A stretch of DNA of 64,000 nt, from positions 20,133-84,132 of the forward strand of contig LFCK01000001.1 in assembly GCA_001189095.1 (NCBI GenBank), in the 5' to 3' direction. Position numbers and translations under genes: made by a program. Source of the stretch: Parcubacteria bacterium C7867-001 (GTDB lineage Bacteria; Patescibacteriota; Minisyncoccia; Phycocordibacterales; Phycocordibacteraceae). This document shows, in pieces, positions 9,707-19,505 of the stretch. Each line of letters starts with the position of its first letter. Within the stretch, counting starts at the first letter, position 1. The notes under the pieces are model-generated. The model worked only from the letters and a program-made list of their open reading frames with translations. It had not been told where the DNA came from and did not search any database.

Positions 9707-12700
9707 ATGTACTTGAACCTTATATACACCTATACCATGCAACGACTTACTACCATCTGGGCACCCGCTCTCATTGCGTTCGCGCTGGTAACCGCTCCTA
9801 TGGTCTCCTACGCGCAAACAGCCCCCGTCATTCCTCAGGTACGCGTGTCACATGTTGAGATGCTTTCAGTAACGTTTACGGAAGGAGCGGTGGCGTCGGG
9901 AGTATTTACGATCTCAAACGCAGGGAGTGGGTCCGCGGGAAATATAGACTACGTCATCCGACTTGTTGGTGACTACGACAAGAATGGAAACTGGGGTGTC
10001 GAGTACGCTTCTCAAGAAGTAGGTCCAATAGCCCTTGGTCCGAACGAAGTTCGATTGGTGCCATTTGCTATTGAACTTCCTGCAGGGGTTGCGGGGAACG
10101 ATCTTGGTATAGAAGTGCAGGCAATGCTTGGTTCAGGATTCCCGCTCGGGTGGGCAGAGAAGCGTATCATTATTACCGGTACGCACACCTACCCAAAACT
10201 TACTGAAGCATATGTTGCAATCGGAGAAGGTAAGTTTGCGGTCGGTGAAGGGCCAACGATTCACTCAGATGAGAGCGCGGAATTGGTAGGAACATTTCAG
10301 AATAACGCTGCAACATCCCTTACACTTACTCCAAGCATCGCGCACAAGTCGATGACGGGTGACGTCGTCCGTACCGAGAAGGCCGCAACGTTTACGATTG
10401 CGCCAAACAGTTCACATGAGTTTCGTATCCCCGTAGCAGCGAGTAGCGCAAAGCCCGGCGTGTACCTCGCGAACATTACCTTCCTCGATGAGGGTGGAAA
10501 GCAGCATGCCCAACTTGTAAGCTATCGATACATTCTCCAAGGAGACGATATCGCAAACATTCAGTCTGCGAGTGCGGACAAAATAAGCGTTAAAGCAAAA
10601 GAGACAGTCACTATTTCGGTTTCCTTCAGTGGTACGCCGCCTGATATCAATCGTCCGGGAGCAAAAGAACAAGGAGTCGCTCTTCTTACGGTGAAGGCAT
10701 ACAGCGAGCGTGGGACAGAACTGGGTTCGAATACAAAGGAAGTAAATCTCGATACTGAGCACGTAGCCAGTGTCCCAATTGTGGTGAACGCTTCCGCAAG
10801 TTCTCTTCAGGTAAGTGCCACCCTTACGAAAGATGGGAAGGTGCTTGCCTCTCTCGAAGCGCCAGTGTCACCGAAGTTCGGTATTGAATCGATTCGTGCG
10901 AAAACGGCACTGTACTTCATGTATAGCCTCACAGCGCTTCTTGTTATTATCGGTCTCGTCCTGCTGGTGCGGAGCTATCGTTCTACGGTGCCGATGGTAA
11001 AGACACGTCAAGCGGGCATTACGCTTCTCGCGCTTGCGGCAGTTTCCGGTATTGTCAGCGTACTTATCATTATCGGTTTGTTTACGCCCCCGCAACAGGC
11101 AGTGAGCTTGAACCTCTCCACTCCGGTCGCGCATGCTGAGGGCAATCAAAAGGTTTGCGTTACCGATCCAGCAGCGTGTGGTCTTGGTGGCGGCGAAGCA
11201 GGAACACAGGAAGTCATTGTAAATCCTGATGTATGTCCGCTCGATGATGGTGTGCAGGAAATTGGGACGCCCTGCGTTCATTCAGAAATGGTTAGTTTCA
11301 TATTTGTTAATGACAATGCAACGTGGGAGTACTACGTGAGGACGTACCTTCCTATATGGAAGAAGACATCCACTGTTCCGTATCGGTATTGGCAGTTTGA
11401 GGATCGGTATGATGAATCAGTTGGTATCGGATTGAGTCCATCGCGTGTCACCATGGAAGCTACGAACAATCCATTACAGAATCCTTTTACGCATGCCTAT
11501 GACTCGTATTGGGAAGCAGGAATGGGAGGAGCAAGCAAGCGGTATATAGCAACAGATGCAGCCTCTTCGGCGGAACAATACTACGAAACACCATCTGACT
11601 TTAACAATCAGCCGCCATTCGTTAGCGTTTCTTCAATTCCTGGACCGATTCGCCCAGGAGACGAGTTTACGCTACAAGGAGCAATCACCTACGTCGACTG
11701 CACAAACACTCCTTCAGGCTTCTTGGTAAATGGAAGATTCGAAGGTCAGGAATTCTCGCAGGAATTTCCTGCAAACCAGTTCACTGGTCACGAACTCACT
11801 ACTGTTCAGAGACGCTTCTCTAAAACATTTACTGCTCCAACCACTCCCGGTATCTATAGGGTGTACTTGGATATGGGTTGGGAAGTTCCCGTACTTTCGA
11901 TGGGAGGCACGCTTCGTGGCCACATTGACATTGAGGTGAAGGCGGAAGTTGACCTTACACCGACCGACCTTGCACCAACGAGCGCTATTGTGAATGTACC
12001 AACAACCGTGTCGGTAAAGGTAAATAACACCGAACCTGATCCGGTTGGAATAAGTAACACGCGTTTCGAAATTCAGGGTCCTGATTTTGGGTATGAAACC
12101 CACACCGTGCAAGGGGAAAGTTGCACCATAACAAAAGAGGGGCAGATATGTGAGCCAACAACTTCGGAAGAGTCAGTCCAGATCGGGTATTACCTCGACC
12201 AGCATGTGGTAACGGCCGCAATGTCCGGTAACGGTTTCTCGACAGCTTCGTTCCCGCTTACGTTTACACAAGAAGGAACGTATAAAGTCCGAGCGTGCGT
12301 CGACTATGCATGTGGTTGGAATGCATACGGCGTATATTCGTGTGATGTGGGTTCGATTCCTGAAACGAATGAGGCCAACAATTGCACGGCAGGAGATTGG
12401 ACCGACATTGTGGTAGGTCCGGCAGTTGCTGCTGTGTCTTGCACCGTCAACAACGAAAACCCCGCTCTCGGTGAATCAGTCACATACACCGCAACTCCGG
12501 TATATGGTGCAACCGGCCCATACATCTGGACGGCCTCCGACGGTGCAACTGGTCTCGGCACAGGCAGCACCGCAACACGCTCCTTCTCTACCGCGGGTAC
12601 CTACGGTATGAGCGTATCTGCAACCGGCGCACTCTCTTCAGGATTCTGTCCAAACGTGACGGCGGGCAATGCGTGCTCGAACCCTGAAGCAACACTCTCT

Positions 12701-12952
12701 GCCTCTCCAAACCGTGTGAAGCAAGATGTCCCAACCCAAGTCACCTTCAGCTATAGGGCAACGGGTGCTTCTTCCTGCACACTCACCGGTCCTGATGTGA
12801 ACCAAACGTATACCGCAAACGAATGTACTGTCTCAGCAGGGACGCACAATGCGACCCTCACCATCACCACTCAAGGGGTGTATACCCTCACTTGTGACGG
12901 CGACGAAGCGAAGGCCGTTGTGAACGTCATACCGAAATTCAATGAGTTCTAG
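9707..12952 (+). CDS. Large surface protein (1081 aa): signal peptide, two internal TM helices, a Cys-containing distal region, and a conserved C-terminal domain ending in KFNEF
   Basis: The N-terminus has a signal peptide (LTTIWAPALIAFALVTAPMVSYAQT). Two TM helices lie mid-protein (YFMYSLTALLVIIGLVLLV and GITLLALAAVSGIVSVLIIIGLF). A C-terminal module of about 175 aa is shared with the CDS at 13903-15861. Confidence 0.7.
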   Translation: MYLNLIYTYTMQRLTTIWAPALIAFALVTAPMVSYAQTAPVIPQVRVSHVEMLSVTFTEGAVASGVFTISNAGSGSAGNIDYVIRLVGDYDKNGNWGVEYASQEVGPIALGPNEVRLVPFAIELPAGVAGNDLGIEVQAMLGSGFPLGWAEKRIIITGTHTYPKLTEAYVAIGEGKFAVGEGPTIHSDESAELVGTFQNNAATSLTLTPSIAHKSMTGDVVRTEKAATFTIAPNSSHEFRIPVAASSAKPGVYLANITFLDEGGKQHAQLVSYRYILQGDDIANIQSASADKISVKAKETVTISVSFSGTPPDINRPGAKEQGVALLTVKAYSERGTELGSNTKEVNLDTEHVASVPIVVNASASSLQVSATLTKDGKVLASLEAPVSPKFGIESIRAKTALYFMYSLTALLVIIGLVLLVRSYRSTVPMVKTRQAGITLLALAAVSGIVSVLIIIGLFTPPQQAVSLNLSTPVAHAEGNQKVCVTDPAACGLGGGEAGTQEVIVNPDVCPLDDGVQEIGTPCVHSEMVSFIFVNDNATWEYYVRTYLPIWKKTSTVPYRYWQFEDRYDESVGIGLSPSRVTMEATNNPLQNPFTHAYDSYWEAGMGGASKRYIATDAASSAEQYYETPSDFNNQPPFVSVSSIPGPIRPGDEFTLQGAITYVDCTNTPSGFLVNGRFEGQEFSQEFPANQFTGHELTTVQRRFSKTFTAPTTPGIYRVYLDMGWEVPVLSMGGTLRGHIDIEVKAEVDLTPTDLAPTSAIVNVPTTVSVKVNNTEPDPVGISNTRFEIQGPDFGYETHTVQGESCTITKEGQICEPTTSEESVQIGYYLDQHVVTAAMSGNGFSTASFPLTFTQEGTYKVRACVDYACGWNAYGVYSCDVGSIPETNEANNCTAGDWTDIVVGPAVAAVSCTVNNENPALGESVTYTATPVYGATGPYIWTASDGATGLGTGSTATRSFSTAGTYGMSVSATGALSSGFCPNVTAGNACSNPEATLSASPNRVKQDVPTQVTFSYRATGASSCTLTGPDVNQTYTANECTVSAGTHNATLTITTQGVYTLTCDGDEAKAVVNVIPKFNEF

Positions 12953-13024
12953 GGTGTGGGTTGGTGTTGCGTGTATCCCCACACGAATCCAGAGCTCAGG
13001 GCCTTGCTTGATACAATTAAAGGA

Positions 13025-13906
13025 ATGAGAAAGGTGATAGCTCTCGGTGTGGGCGCCGTCGTAATCGTTTTGATCGGTATTCTTGTGCTTAATCCGCAGC
13101 TCGTACGATATCTGAAGAATCAAGTTGCACTTCTCACTGGTTCGATAACCTTAGAAGAGGAACTTAAGCCCGCGTTGTTTGTTGCTCCTCTTAACGGCGG
13201 GGTATACACCAGCAACGGGAAAAACGTCACGCGTGGGTATCTTCCGAAAGGGACTGTGATCATTGATGCTGCGCGATCTCCGACGAGGCTCGTTGTCGTT
13301 AGTCGTCTCCCTGATGGGCTCTATGGCATATGGACTGATGGTATCTTGCGTACGTCGTCAGCGACAAAGAAAAACGACATCGACGTTACGCCAAACGGGT
13401 ATCGCGTTGCGTATGTTGAAGAGGGAAAAGGAACATCATCGGTCATTCTTTTGACCGCAGACGGTGTGTCCCAAACAATCGCAAGCAGTTCGCAGCCGCT
13501 CTTCTTGAGCGACACGGTCATTGCAGTATCGGATGCGAGCGGCGTTGCGCTCTATGCTCTTGAAGACCTTACGAAAGCTCCTCGCCGCGTCGCAGTGCTC
13601 GGTACGGCAACTGCGCTTGTCGCCGCATCTCCTGATAGGAGCTTCATCGCGGCAGTTGATGAGGAGAAAGGACAGACAACTGTGTATCGATCAATCAATC
13701 CGCAGGAAGGACTGTTTGTCGCGCAGTCGGTTTCTCCCTACCTTGCAGCATCTTCACTTATCCTTACTCCAAACGCACTCTATGTGCTTACCCCGCCAAA
13801 TAAATCACTGCAGCGTGGACTCTTCAAATACTCATTTGATGGTGGTGCCCCAGCAAAGCTCCGCAGTTACGATGGCGATATGTATATAACCAAGATACTT
13901 CCATGA
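13025..13906 (+). CDS. Membrane-anchored beta-propeller/TolB-like repeat protein (hypothetical)
   Basis: An N-terminal TM anchor (VIALGVGAVVIVLIGILVL) is followed by repeated strand-rich segments. The gene sits between the two large secreted-protein genes. Its stop overlaps the next start in an ATGA arrangement. Confidence 0.5.
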   Translation: MRKVIALGVGAVVIVLIGILVLNPQLVRYLKNQVALLTGSITLEEELKPALFVAPLNGGVYTSNGKNVTRGYLPKGTVIIDAARSPTRLVVVSRLPDGLYGIWTDGILRTSSATKKNDIDVTPNGYRVAYVEEGKGTSSVILLTADGVSQTIASSSQPLFLSDTVIAVSDASGVALYALEDLTKAPRRVAVLGTATALVAASPDRSFIAAVDEEKGQTTVYRSINPQEGLFVAQSVSPYLAASSLILTPNALYVLTPPNKSLQRGLFKYSFDGGAPAKLRSYDGDMYITKILP

Positions 13907-15861
13907 TGCGCTCTTCTTTTTTTCGTACGGCAACGTTGACGCTTCTCTTTTTTGCAGCGTGGGTCTCTTTGGTGCATGCAGACGGTATGGCTGACCCGTG
14001 CGCGGGAGAACTGTCTCAAATTTGTTTCCCCTCAGATCCGGTAGCATCCGTATCGCTCACCGCGTACCCAGATAGCGTGCCGACAGCCTCTCATTCCACT
14101 GATCTTTCATGGGCTGCAGAAAACGTGGATTCATGTACGAGCTCGGGTTTCAGTACGGGCAGTGCCTTCTATGGGAGTCTGTCGCTAGTTCCCGGCTCAA
14201 CGCAGACCTATACCATCACGTGTACCAGTTCTCTGGGAACAGTATCCGATTCAATCACTGTTTCGGTTACCCCGAAACCAGATTTCATTTCTGGTAACGT
14301 GGGAAGTGTATCGGCGACCGTCGGTAATCCGGTAACGCTCAGCGCAATGATTGGGAATGTGGGCAACGCTGATTCAGTGAGCCCTTTTTATTACGCCTTC
14401 ACACTCAATGGTCCGACTCCGGTGTATGTAGCAGGGTATCGTGATGCCTCCCTTGCGGCAGGAGCAAATATGATTGCTTCAGAAGAAGTCACCTTTGCGA
14501 TACCCGGCACCTACAGTGCGGTTGTGTGTGCGGATACTACGAACGCAATAAATGAAACATCGGAGACAAACAACTGCAGCGAACCAGTACAGATTATTGT
14601 ATCGGACGCCGTGGAGTGTTCAGACGGTATTGATAACGACGGTGATGGGGGTGTCGATGTATCGGGTGCGTCTGGCGGCACGGTGACGGGACCGGAGTGC
14701 GGTGAAGGTATCCTTATTTTGGAAGGACCTTATAATTATTCTGGAAATTCGCCGTCTGGCGGTTACTTTTCGTGGCCTTCATGTGAAGCTGCTCCACTGC
14801 CGCCTGATGCTGACTGTAGTAGCGGGGGAGATACTAATGAAACCCATGTACCACAATGTTCCGACGGTATCGATAACGATGGTGACGGGGGTGTCGACTT
14901 TGAGGGTATAAATGACCCAGGGGGTACATTCTGCGGTAACGTCACAACACAGAGCGGCTACGATGGTGAAGGGCACCTCGACCTCTTCTGTGTTTCTGAG
15001 TACGAGGCCGGTACTATTGGGATTCGGTGGGCATATTATGGCAATAACCTGCAGGGAGGCATGTGTACTAGTTGGGGATTTGATAACGGAGCATACGCAC
15101 CAAATGGTGGAGGGGGCGAGAGCGGCGGTACGTCAGGAGAAGTCCTTGTTACACCAACAGAAGACACCGACTACGGCTTATCATGCTCGACAGACTGCAA
15201 CATATATAACGGCTGTATCGATCTTGATGGCTCAACCGCTGAAGCAAGCGGTGGGTTCCAAGTAACCGTGCAGGCACCGGTTACTGTTGATGCTGATCCG
15301 GGCTGCGAAAGTCCTGAGGACGAAACCGAGTCGCCGGACCCGACGCTCTCGTGCACAGTCGATTCTTCATCTGTTTCTCCGGGTGGCAGCACTACGTACC
15401 GCGTAACGGGAGGGGGTACTCCATACGCATGGACCGCTTCAGATGGGGCAACAGGACTTGGGACAGGCTCGACGGCAACGCGCTCTTTCCCATCTGCAGG
15501 AAGCTACAGCATGTCGGTCTCCTCAACAGGCTTTACTGCAGGAACGTGTCCTGCGGTTATCGTGAGCGGTTCGTCATGTTCAAATCTTTCCGGAAGTCTC
15601 TCGGTGAGTCCGAATCGCATAACCGAAAATACTTCGACGCAGGTGACCTTTACCTACACCGCAACAGGGGTCACGAATTCCTGCACCATAGAGGGTCCCG
15701 GAGTAAACGAGACGCTCTCTATCTCTGGCTGCAATGCAACAGGTTCGACACTCACCCAAACCTTAAATATCCCGAATCAGGGGGTCTATAACCTCACGTG
15801 CGACGGGACTCGTGTCGGCCGTGCAGTCGTGAATACGAAGGTCCGCTTCCAAGAGTTTTAA
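13903..15861 (+). CDS. Large secreted protein (652 aa) with two MopE-like CxDGxDNDxDGxxD motifs and the same C-terminal module ending in RFQEF
   Basis: There is a signal peptide ([19 protein letters not shown]). [16 protein letters not shown] and [15 protein letters not shown] repeats are present. The C-terminal roughly 175 aa are paralogous to the C-terminus of the 9707-12952 protein. Confidence 0.7.
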   Translation: MMRSSFFRTATLTLLFFAAWVSLVHADGMADPCAGELSQICFPSDPVASVSLTAYPDSVPTASHSTDLSWAAENVDSCTSSGFSTGSAFYGSLSLVPGSTQTYTITCTSSLGTVSDSITVSVTPKPDFISGNVGSVSATVGNPVTLSAMIGNVGNADSVSPFYYAFTLNGPTPVYVAGYRDASLAAGANMIASEEVTFAIPGTYSAVVCADTTNAINETSETNNCSEPVQIIVSDAVECSDGIDNDGDGGVDVSGASGGTVTGPECGEGILILEGPYNYSGNSPSGGYFSWPSCEAAPLPPDADCSSGGDTNETHVPQCSDGIDNDGDGGVDFEGINDPGGTFCGNVTTQSGYDGEGHLDLFCVSEYEAGTIGIRWAYYGNNLQGGMCTSWGFDNGAYAPNGGGGESGGTSGEVLVTPTEDTDYGLSCSTDCNIYNGCIDLDGSTAEASGGFQVTVQAPVTVDADPGCESPEDETESPDPTLSCTVDSSSVSPGGSTTYRVTGGGTPYAWTASDGATGLGTGSTATRSFPSAGSYSMSVSSTGFTAGTCPAVIVSGSSCSNLSGSLSVSPNRITENTSTQVTFTYTATGVTNSCTIEGPGVNETLSISGCNATGSTLTQTLNIPNQGVYNLTCDGTRVGRAVVNTKVRFQEF

Positions 15862-15908
15862 GGGTCTCGTTTGCGCCAAGTCACCGCATTTGGTATAGTG
15901 CGCGGGTC

Positions 15909-16157
15909 ATGAAAAAGGACATCCATCCGGCAGATTACCGCACCGTGCTCTTCGAAGACCTCGCTTCCGGCGAGAAGTTTCTCATTGGCTCGACGGTAAA
16001 GACGACCGAAACGGGCACGTTTGAGGGGAAGGAATACCCAAAGCTCCTCGTTGAAATCTCGAGTAAGTCGCACCCGTTCTACACTGGTGAAGATCGCACC
16101 CTCGATAAGACCGGTCGCGTCGAGAAGTTCAAGCAGCGCGCTGCAAAGAAGAAATAA
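15909..16157 (+). CDS. rpmE: Ribosomal protein L31
   Basis: [24 protein letters not shown]...HPFYTG is classic L31. The ORF-track 5' extension overlaps the upstream stop and has no support. Confidence 0.85.
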   Translation: MKKDIHPADYRTVLFEDLASGEKFLIGSTVKTTETGTFEGKEYPKLLVEISSKSHPFYTGEDRTLDKTGRVEKFKQRAAKKK

Positions 16158-16165
16158 CGACACTC

Positions 16166-16205
16166 AAATGGACGCCCCGCCTCCGCGGGGCGTCCATTTG
16201 TTATC
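16166..16205 (+). terminator. Intrinsic terminator after rpmE
   Basis: The hairpin aaatggacgccccgc-ctcc-gcggggcgtccattt is followed by g-ttatc. Confidence 0.6.
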
Positions 16206-16214
16206 ATCAAACCC

Positions 16215-17165
16215 ATGGACTACTCCCCTGAATTCAAGAAGAACTTTGCAACCGCATATCTTGCGGAGGAGTACGAGCGTCTCGCACGCGAAGTGGAAGA
16301 GTCAGTTGCAGCTGCAGGGAATGATGCAGATCTTCTCCAGATGGCCGAGGAAGATATTACGCGCATCAAGGCCCGGCAGGACGATATCCTTGTCGAAATA
16401 GAACGCATCCTCGCAAAAGAGAAGGAGGAGGAGAGTAAGCCAACTGCGCTCGTGCTCGAATTCCGCGCTGGCGCTGGCGGGGACGAAGCGACGCTGTTCG
16501 CCAAGGAATTGAAGGAAATGTATCAAAAGTACGCTGAGATGCAGGGATGGCAGGTGCGCACTCTCGACGATCTTACGATTGAAATAGGCGGTGCACAGGC
16601 CTACGATGCGCTTAAATACGAGACGGGCGTACATCGCGTTCAGCGGGTGCCGCTTACGGAAAAGTCAGGTCGCATTCATACCTCAACCGCCTCGGTTGCG
16701 GTGCTCCCTATCCGCGCGAAGCCGAAGTTTGAAATTAACCCGACGGATATTGATATGGAGTTTTCTCGCTCGGGCGGCGCTGGCGGCCAGAACGTGAACA
16801 AGGTCGAGACCGCTGTGCGACTCATCCACCGACCGACCGGTATCGATGTTCGCTCATCGAGCGAGCGCAGCCAGCTCGCAAACCGCCAGAAGGCGATGGC
16901 GATTCTTGCGGCAAAGCTCGAGACGTTGCATGAAGAAGAAGAGGCGAAGAAGCACGCGTCATTGCGAAGTGGCCAAATCGGTACCGCCGACCGCTCGGAG
17001 AAGATCCGTACCTACAACTTCCTACAGGACCGCATCACCGACCACCGCATCAAGGAGTCATGGCATAACCTTCCAAAGATCATGCAGGGGTATCTCGGAG
17101 ACATTGTTGAGGCCCTAAAAACGGCCTCACAGCAGGGTGGAATTGGAGAGGCCGAGGAGGATTGA
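16215..17165 (+). CDS. prfA: Peptide chain release factor 1 (short, 316 aa)
   Basis: The GGQ motif is present ([25 protein letters not shown]). [17 protein letters not shown] has a PxT-type tripeptide at the RF1 position. No SPF motif is present. Confidence 0.75.
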   Translation: MDYSPEFKKNFATAYLAEEYERLAREVEESVAAAGNDADLLQMAEEDITRIKARQDDILVEIERILAKEKEEESKPTALVLEFRAGAGGDEATLFAKELKEMYQKYAEMQGWQVRTLDDLTIEIGGAQAYDALKYETGVHRVQRVPLTEKSGRIHTSTASVAVLPIRAKPKFEINPTDIDMEFSRSGGAGGQNVNKVETAVRLIHRPTGIDVRSSSERSQLANRQKAMAILAAKLETLHEEEEAKKHASLRSGQIGTADRSEKIRTYNFLQDRITDHRIKESWHNLPKIMQGYLGDIVEALKTASQQGGIGEAEED

Positions 17166-17198
17166 AACCCAGAATAGGGCATGGTAGAGTAGCCGGAC

Positions 17199-17900
17199 AT
17201 GGCAGTTATAGACCAAAAGGGCCCCGGAGTGGACCGCCTCTTTAAGGCGGGCGCTCATTTTGCCCAGCTCAAGAGTCGTCGTCATCCATCGATGAAGCCG
17301 TTTGTCGTGGGTGCTAAGGCACGCGTTGAAATCTTCGACCTCGCGAAGACCGATGCTCAGCTTGCAGAAGCAAAGAAGGCGCTTGCAGCGCTCGCTACCG
17401 CAGGCAAGACCGTGCTCTTCGTCGGCGGCAAGCAGGAAGTCTCTGCTCTCGTGAAGAATGCAGCAAAGAGCATCCACCAGCCGTACGTCGCTGGCCGCTG
17501 GCTCGGCGGAACCATCTCGAACTTCGTCGAGATCAAGAAGCGTATTGATCGCCTCGCAGACCTTACGGGTAAGCGTGAGAGCGGTGAGCTTGCAAAGCTT
17601 TACACCAAGCTCGAGCGTCTCTTCATCGATCGCGAAATCGAGCGCCTCGCGACCCGCCTCGACGGCATCACGAATCTCGCACGTCGACCGGACGCATTTG
17701 TTATCGTCGACACGAAGTATGAAGCACATGCAGTGAAGGAGGCTCGCGCAGCGGGCATTCCGGTCATCGGCATCATGAGTTCTGACTGCGACGTGACCGA
17801 CGCGACGTATCCTATCGTCACGAACGACGCCTCGCGTACGACCGTTGAGCTTGTGCTCGGTGAGCTTACGTCGGCGTTCGAGTCGGGTCTTCGCGCATAA
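17199..17900 (+). CDS. rpsB: Ribosomal protein S2
   Basis: FVIVDTKYEAHAVKEARAAGIPVIGIMSSDCD is the conserved S2 core. The gene lies adjacent to tsf. Confidence 0.85.
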   Translation: MAVIDQKGPGVDRLFKAGAHFAQLKSRRHPSMKPFVVGAKARVEIFDLAKTDAQLAEAKKALAALATAGKTVLFVGGKQEVSALVKNAAKSIHQPYVAGRWLGGTISNFVEIKKRIDRLADLTGKRESGELAKLYTKLERLFIDREIERLATRLDGITNLARRPDAFVIVDTKYEAHAVKEARAAGIPVIGIMSSDCDVTDATYPIVTNDASRTTVELVLGELTSAFESGLRA

Positions 17901-17904
17901 GCGA

Positions 17905-17938
17905 ACCCCTTCCGCGGCCGCGGAGGATTTATAATTTT
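17905..17938 (+). terminator. Intrinsic terminator after rpsB
   Basis: The palindrome ccttccgcggccgcggagg is followed by atttataattttt. Confidence 0.6.
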
Positions 17939-17953
17939 TAGTACCTACGAATC

Positions 17954-18538
17954 ATGGACATTTCGACTGATGTATTGAAGACGCTTCGCGATAAGACGGG
18001 AGTTTCCGTTATGCAGTGCAAGAAAGCACTTGAAGAGGCGGGAGGCGACATCGAAAAAGCGGAAGTCATCCTTCGCAAGAAGAGCGGTGCTGCAGCTGAA
18101 AAGAAGGGTGATCGCGAGCTCGGTGCAGGAGCTATTGGTTCCTATGTTCATGATGGTTCCATCGGCTCGATGGTGCTCCTTTCCTGCGAGACGGACTTCG
18201 TCTCGAAGAATCCTGAATTCGGCGCGGTCGCGCGCGAAGTAGCGATGCAGGTAGCTGCGTCTAATCCGAGCTTCCTTACGGACGCCGATATTCCGGCAGA
18301 GGCAAAGAAAGCCGCAGAAGACGTGTTCCAGAAGGAGGTGGAAGGGAAGCCAGAAGACATGAAGGCGAAGATTCTCGAAGGAAAGCTTGCTTCGTACTTC
18401 CGCGATCAGGTCCTCCTTGACCAGCTCTACATCAAGGACGACAGTAAGACCATTCGCGACCTCATAAACGAGGCATCGCAGAAGTTCGGCGAACGCATCG
18501 AGATCTCCCGCTTCGCCCGCTTCTCGGCCCGCAGCTAA
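17954..18538 (+). CDS. tsf: Elongation factor Ts (short form)
   Basis: LKTLRDKTGVSVMQCKKALEEAGGDIEKAEVILRKK is the EF-Ts N-terminal UBA-like motif. The rpsB-tsf synteny is conserved. Confidence 0.85.
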   Translation: MDISTDVLKTLRDKTGVSVMQCKKALEEAGGDIEKAEVILRKKSGAAAEKKGDRELGAGAIGSYVHDGSIGSMVLLSCETDFVSKNPEFGAVAREVAMQVAASNPSFLTDADIPAEAKKAAEDVFQKEVEGKPEDMKAKILEGKLASYFRDQVLLDQLYIKDDSKTIRDLINEASQKFGERIEISRFARFSARS

Positions 18539-18542
18539 CACA

Positions 18543-18992
18543 ATGTTCTACCTCGTCGCCGTACTCGTTCCGCTCCTTCTTCTCTCAGGGTTCCTCACCC
18601 TCACGGCCTACGAGACGCGCCACAACATTCGCTTTTTCGGCGTTGCGCGTGCGAAGCTTGATGCGCGCACCGAACGGGTTGCATTCATTCTCGCGCATGT
18701 CGACTTCGGGAAGTTCTTCTTCCATCTTCTGCGCGACGGGCTTGCGCATCTCGCGCACGAAATAGCACAGCTTTCGCTCGTGCTCGTTCGTCTCCTTGAG
18801 CGGACGCTCACGCGCGCGGTTCGCCACCTGCGCGGTCGCCGCGCAGCGAATGCGCCGATGACCACTCAGGCCGTGTCCTCATCTGCCTTCGTCGAAACAA
18901 TGACGTACTTCAAACACACGCTTCGTAGGTCCCGCCAGGCTCCGCCTGCCGTTCCTGCGGAATCGACAACACCGGAGAATCCCGTAGGATAA
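18543..18992 (+). CDS. Hypothetical small membrane protein (weak call)
   Basis: The ORF starts 5 nt after the tsf stop. It has one N-terminal TM helix. The region is very GC-rich, so the ORF could be spurious. Confidence 0.3.
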   Translation: MFYLVAVLVPLLLLSGFLTLTAYETRHNIRFFGVARAKLDARTERVAFILAHVDFGKFFFHLLRDGLAHLAHEIAQLSLVLVRLLERTLTRAVRHLRGRRAANAPMTTQAVSSSAFVETMTYFKHTLRRSRQAPPAVPAESTTPENPVG

Positions 18993-19000
18993 ATTCATAA

Positions 19001-19073
19001 GCCGCCTTAGCTCAGTTGGTAGAGCAACACTTTTGTAAAGTGAAGGTCCCCGGTTCAAGCCCGGGAGGCGGCT
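19001..19073 (+). tRNA. tRNA-Thr (anticodon TGT)
   Basis: A manual cloverleaf fold gives a 7-bp acceptor stem (gccgcct/aggcggc), a D-arm (gctc-agttggta-gagc), an anticodon loop tt-TGT-aa with U33/A37, and a T-arm (cccgg-ttcaagc-ccggg). CCA is not encoded. Confidence 0.85.
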
Positions 19074-19083
19074 CAAAACAGAT

Positions 19084-19503
19084 ATGGAAGAAATGCTGCA
19101 AAAAGAAGGGAATGCGCAGTGTTGTCCGGTTGCGGCAATTGTCCGTAACGGGACGATACTTATCGGTTTGCGACACTATACTCCTGATAAATGGAAGGCA
19201 ATAAGCGTATGGACGCTTCCGGGTGGAAGGTGCGATGTCGGAGAAACCATAGAGCAAACACTTCGGCGTGAGGTCGCAGAAGAAACAGCAATTTGTTCTC
19301 TAACAATTGATAAATTTCTCGGTGAAGTTCCTGGAGCAAAGGATGGCGATAGAGTTCCAGTGTTTCTCTGTAGCGCTTCTGAAGAGCCTGTTGTAGTGGA
19401 AATCGAGAAATTCTCTGAGTGGAAATGGTGCCCAATTACAGAGTTGCCGGATAATTTTATAAACCCCCACGCGAAGGAACTTATCCTCAAAGAATATACC
19501 TAA
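19084..19503 (+). CDS. NUDIX hydrolase
   Basis: The Nudix box is GGRCDVGETIEQTLRREVAEETAI (Gx5Ex7REVxEExG). Confidence 0.75.
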   Translation: MEEMLQKEGNAQCCPVAAIVRNGTILIGLRHYTPDKWKAISVWTLPGGRCDVGETIEQTLRREVAEETAICSLTIDKFLGEVPGAKDGDRVPVFLCSASEEPVVVEIEKFSEWKWCPITELPDNFINPHAKELILKEYT

Positions 19504-19505
19504 AC

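Noticed and set aside
15798-15908. The 5' extension of the rpmE ORF
   Set aside because: The conserved L31 sequence starts at MKKDIHP (15909). The upstream part overlaps the preceding gene's stop and terminator region.
18879-19076. Protein ORFs at 18879-19076 (-) and 19016-19204 (+)
   Set aside because: They overlap the tRNA-Thr gene and are products of six-frame translation.
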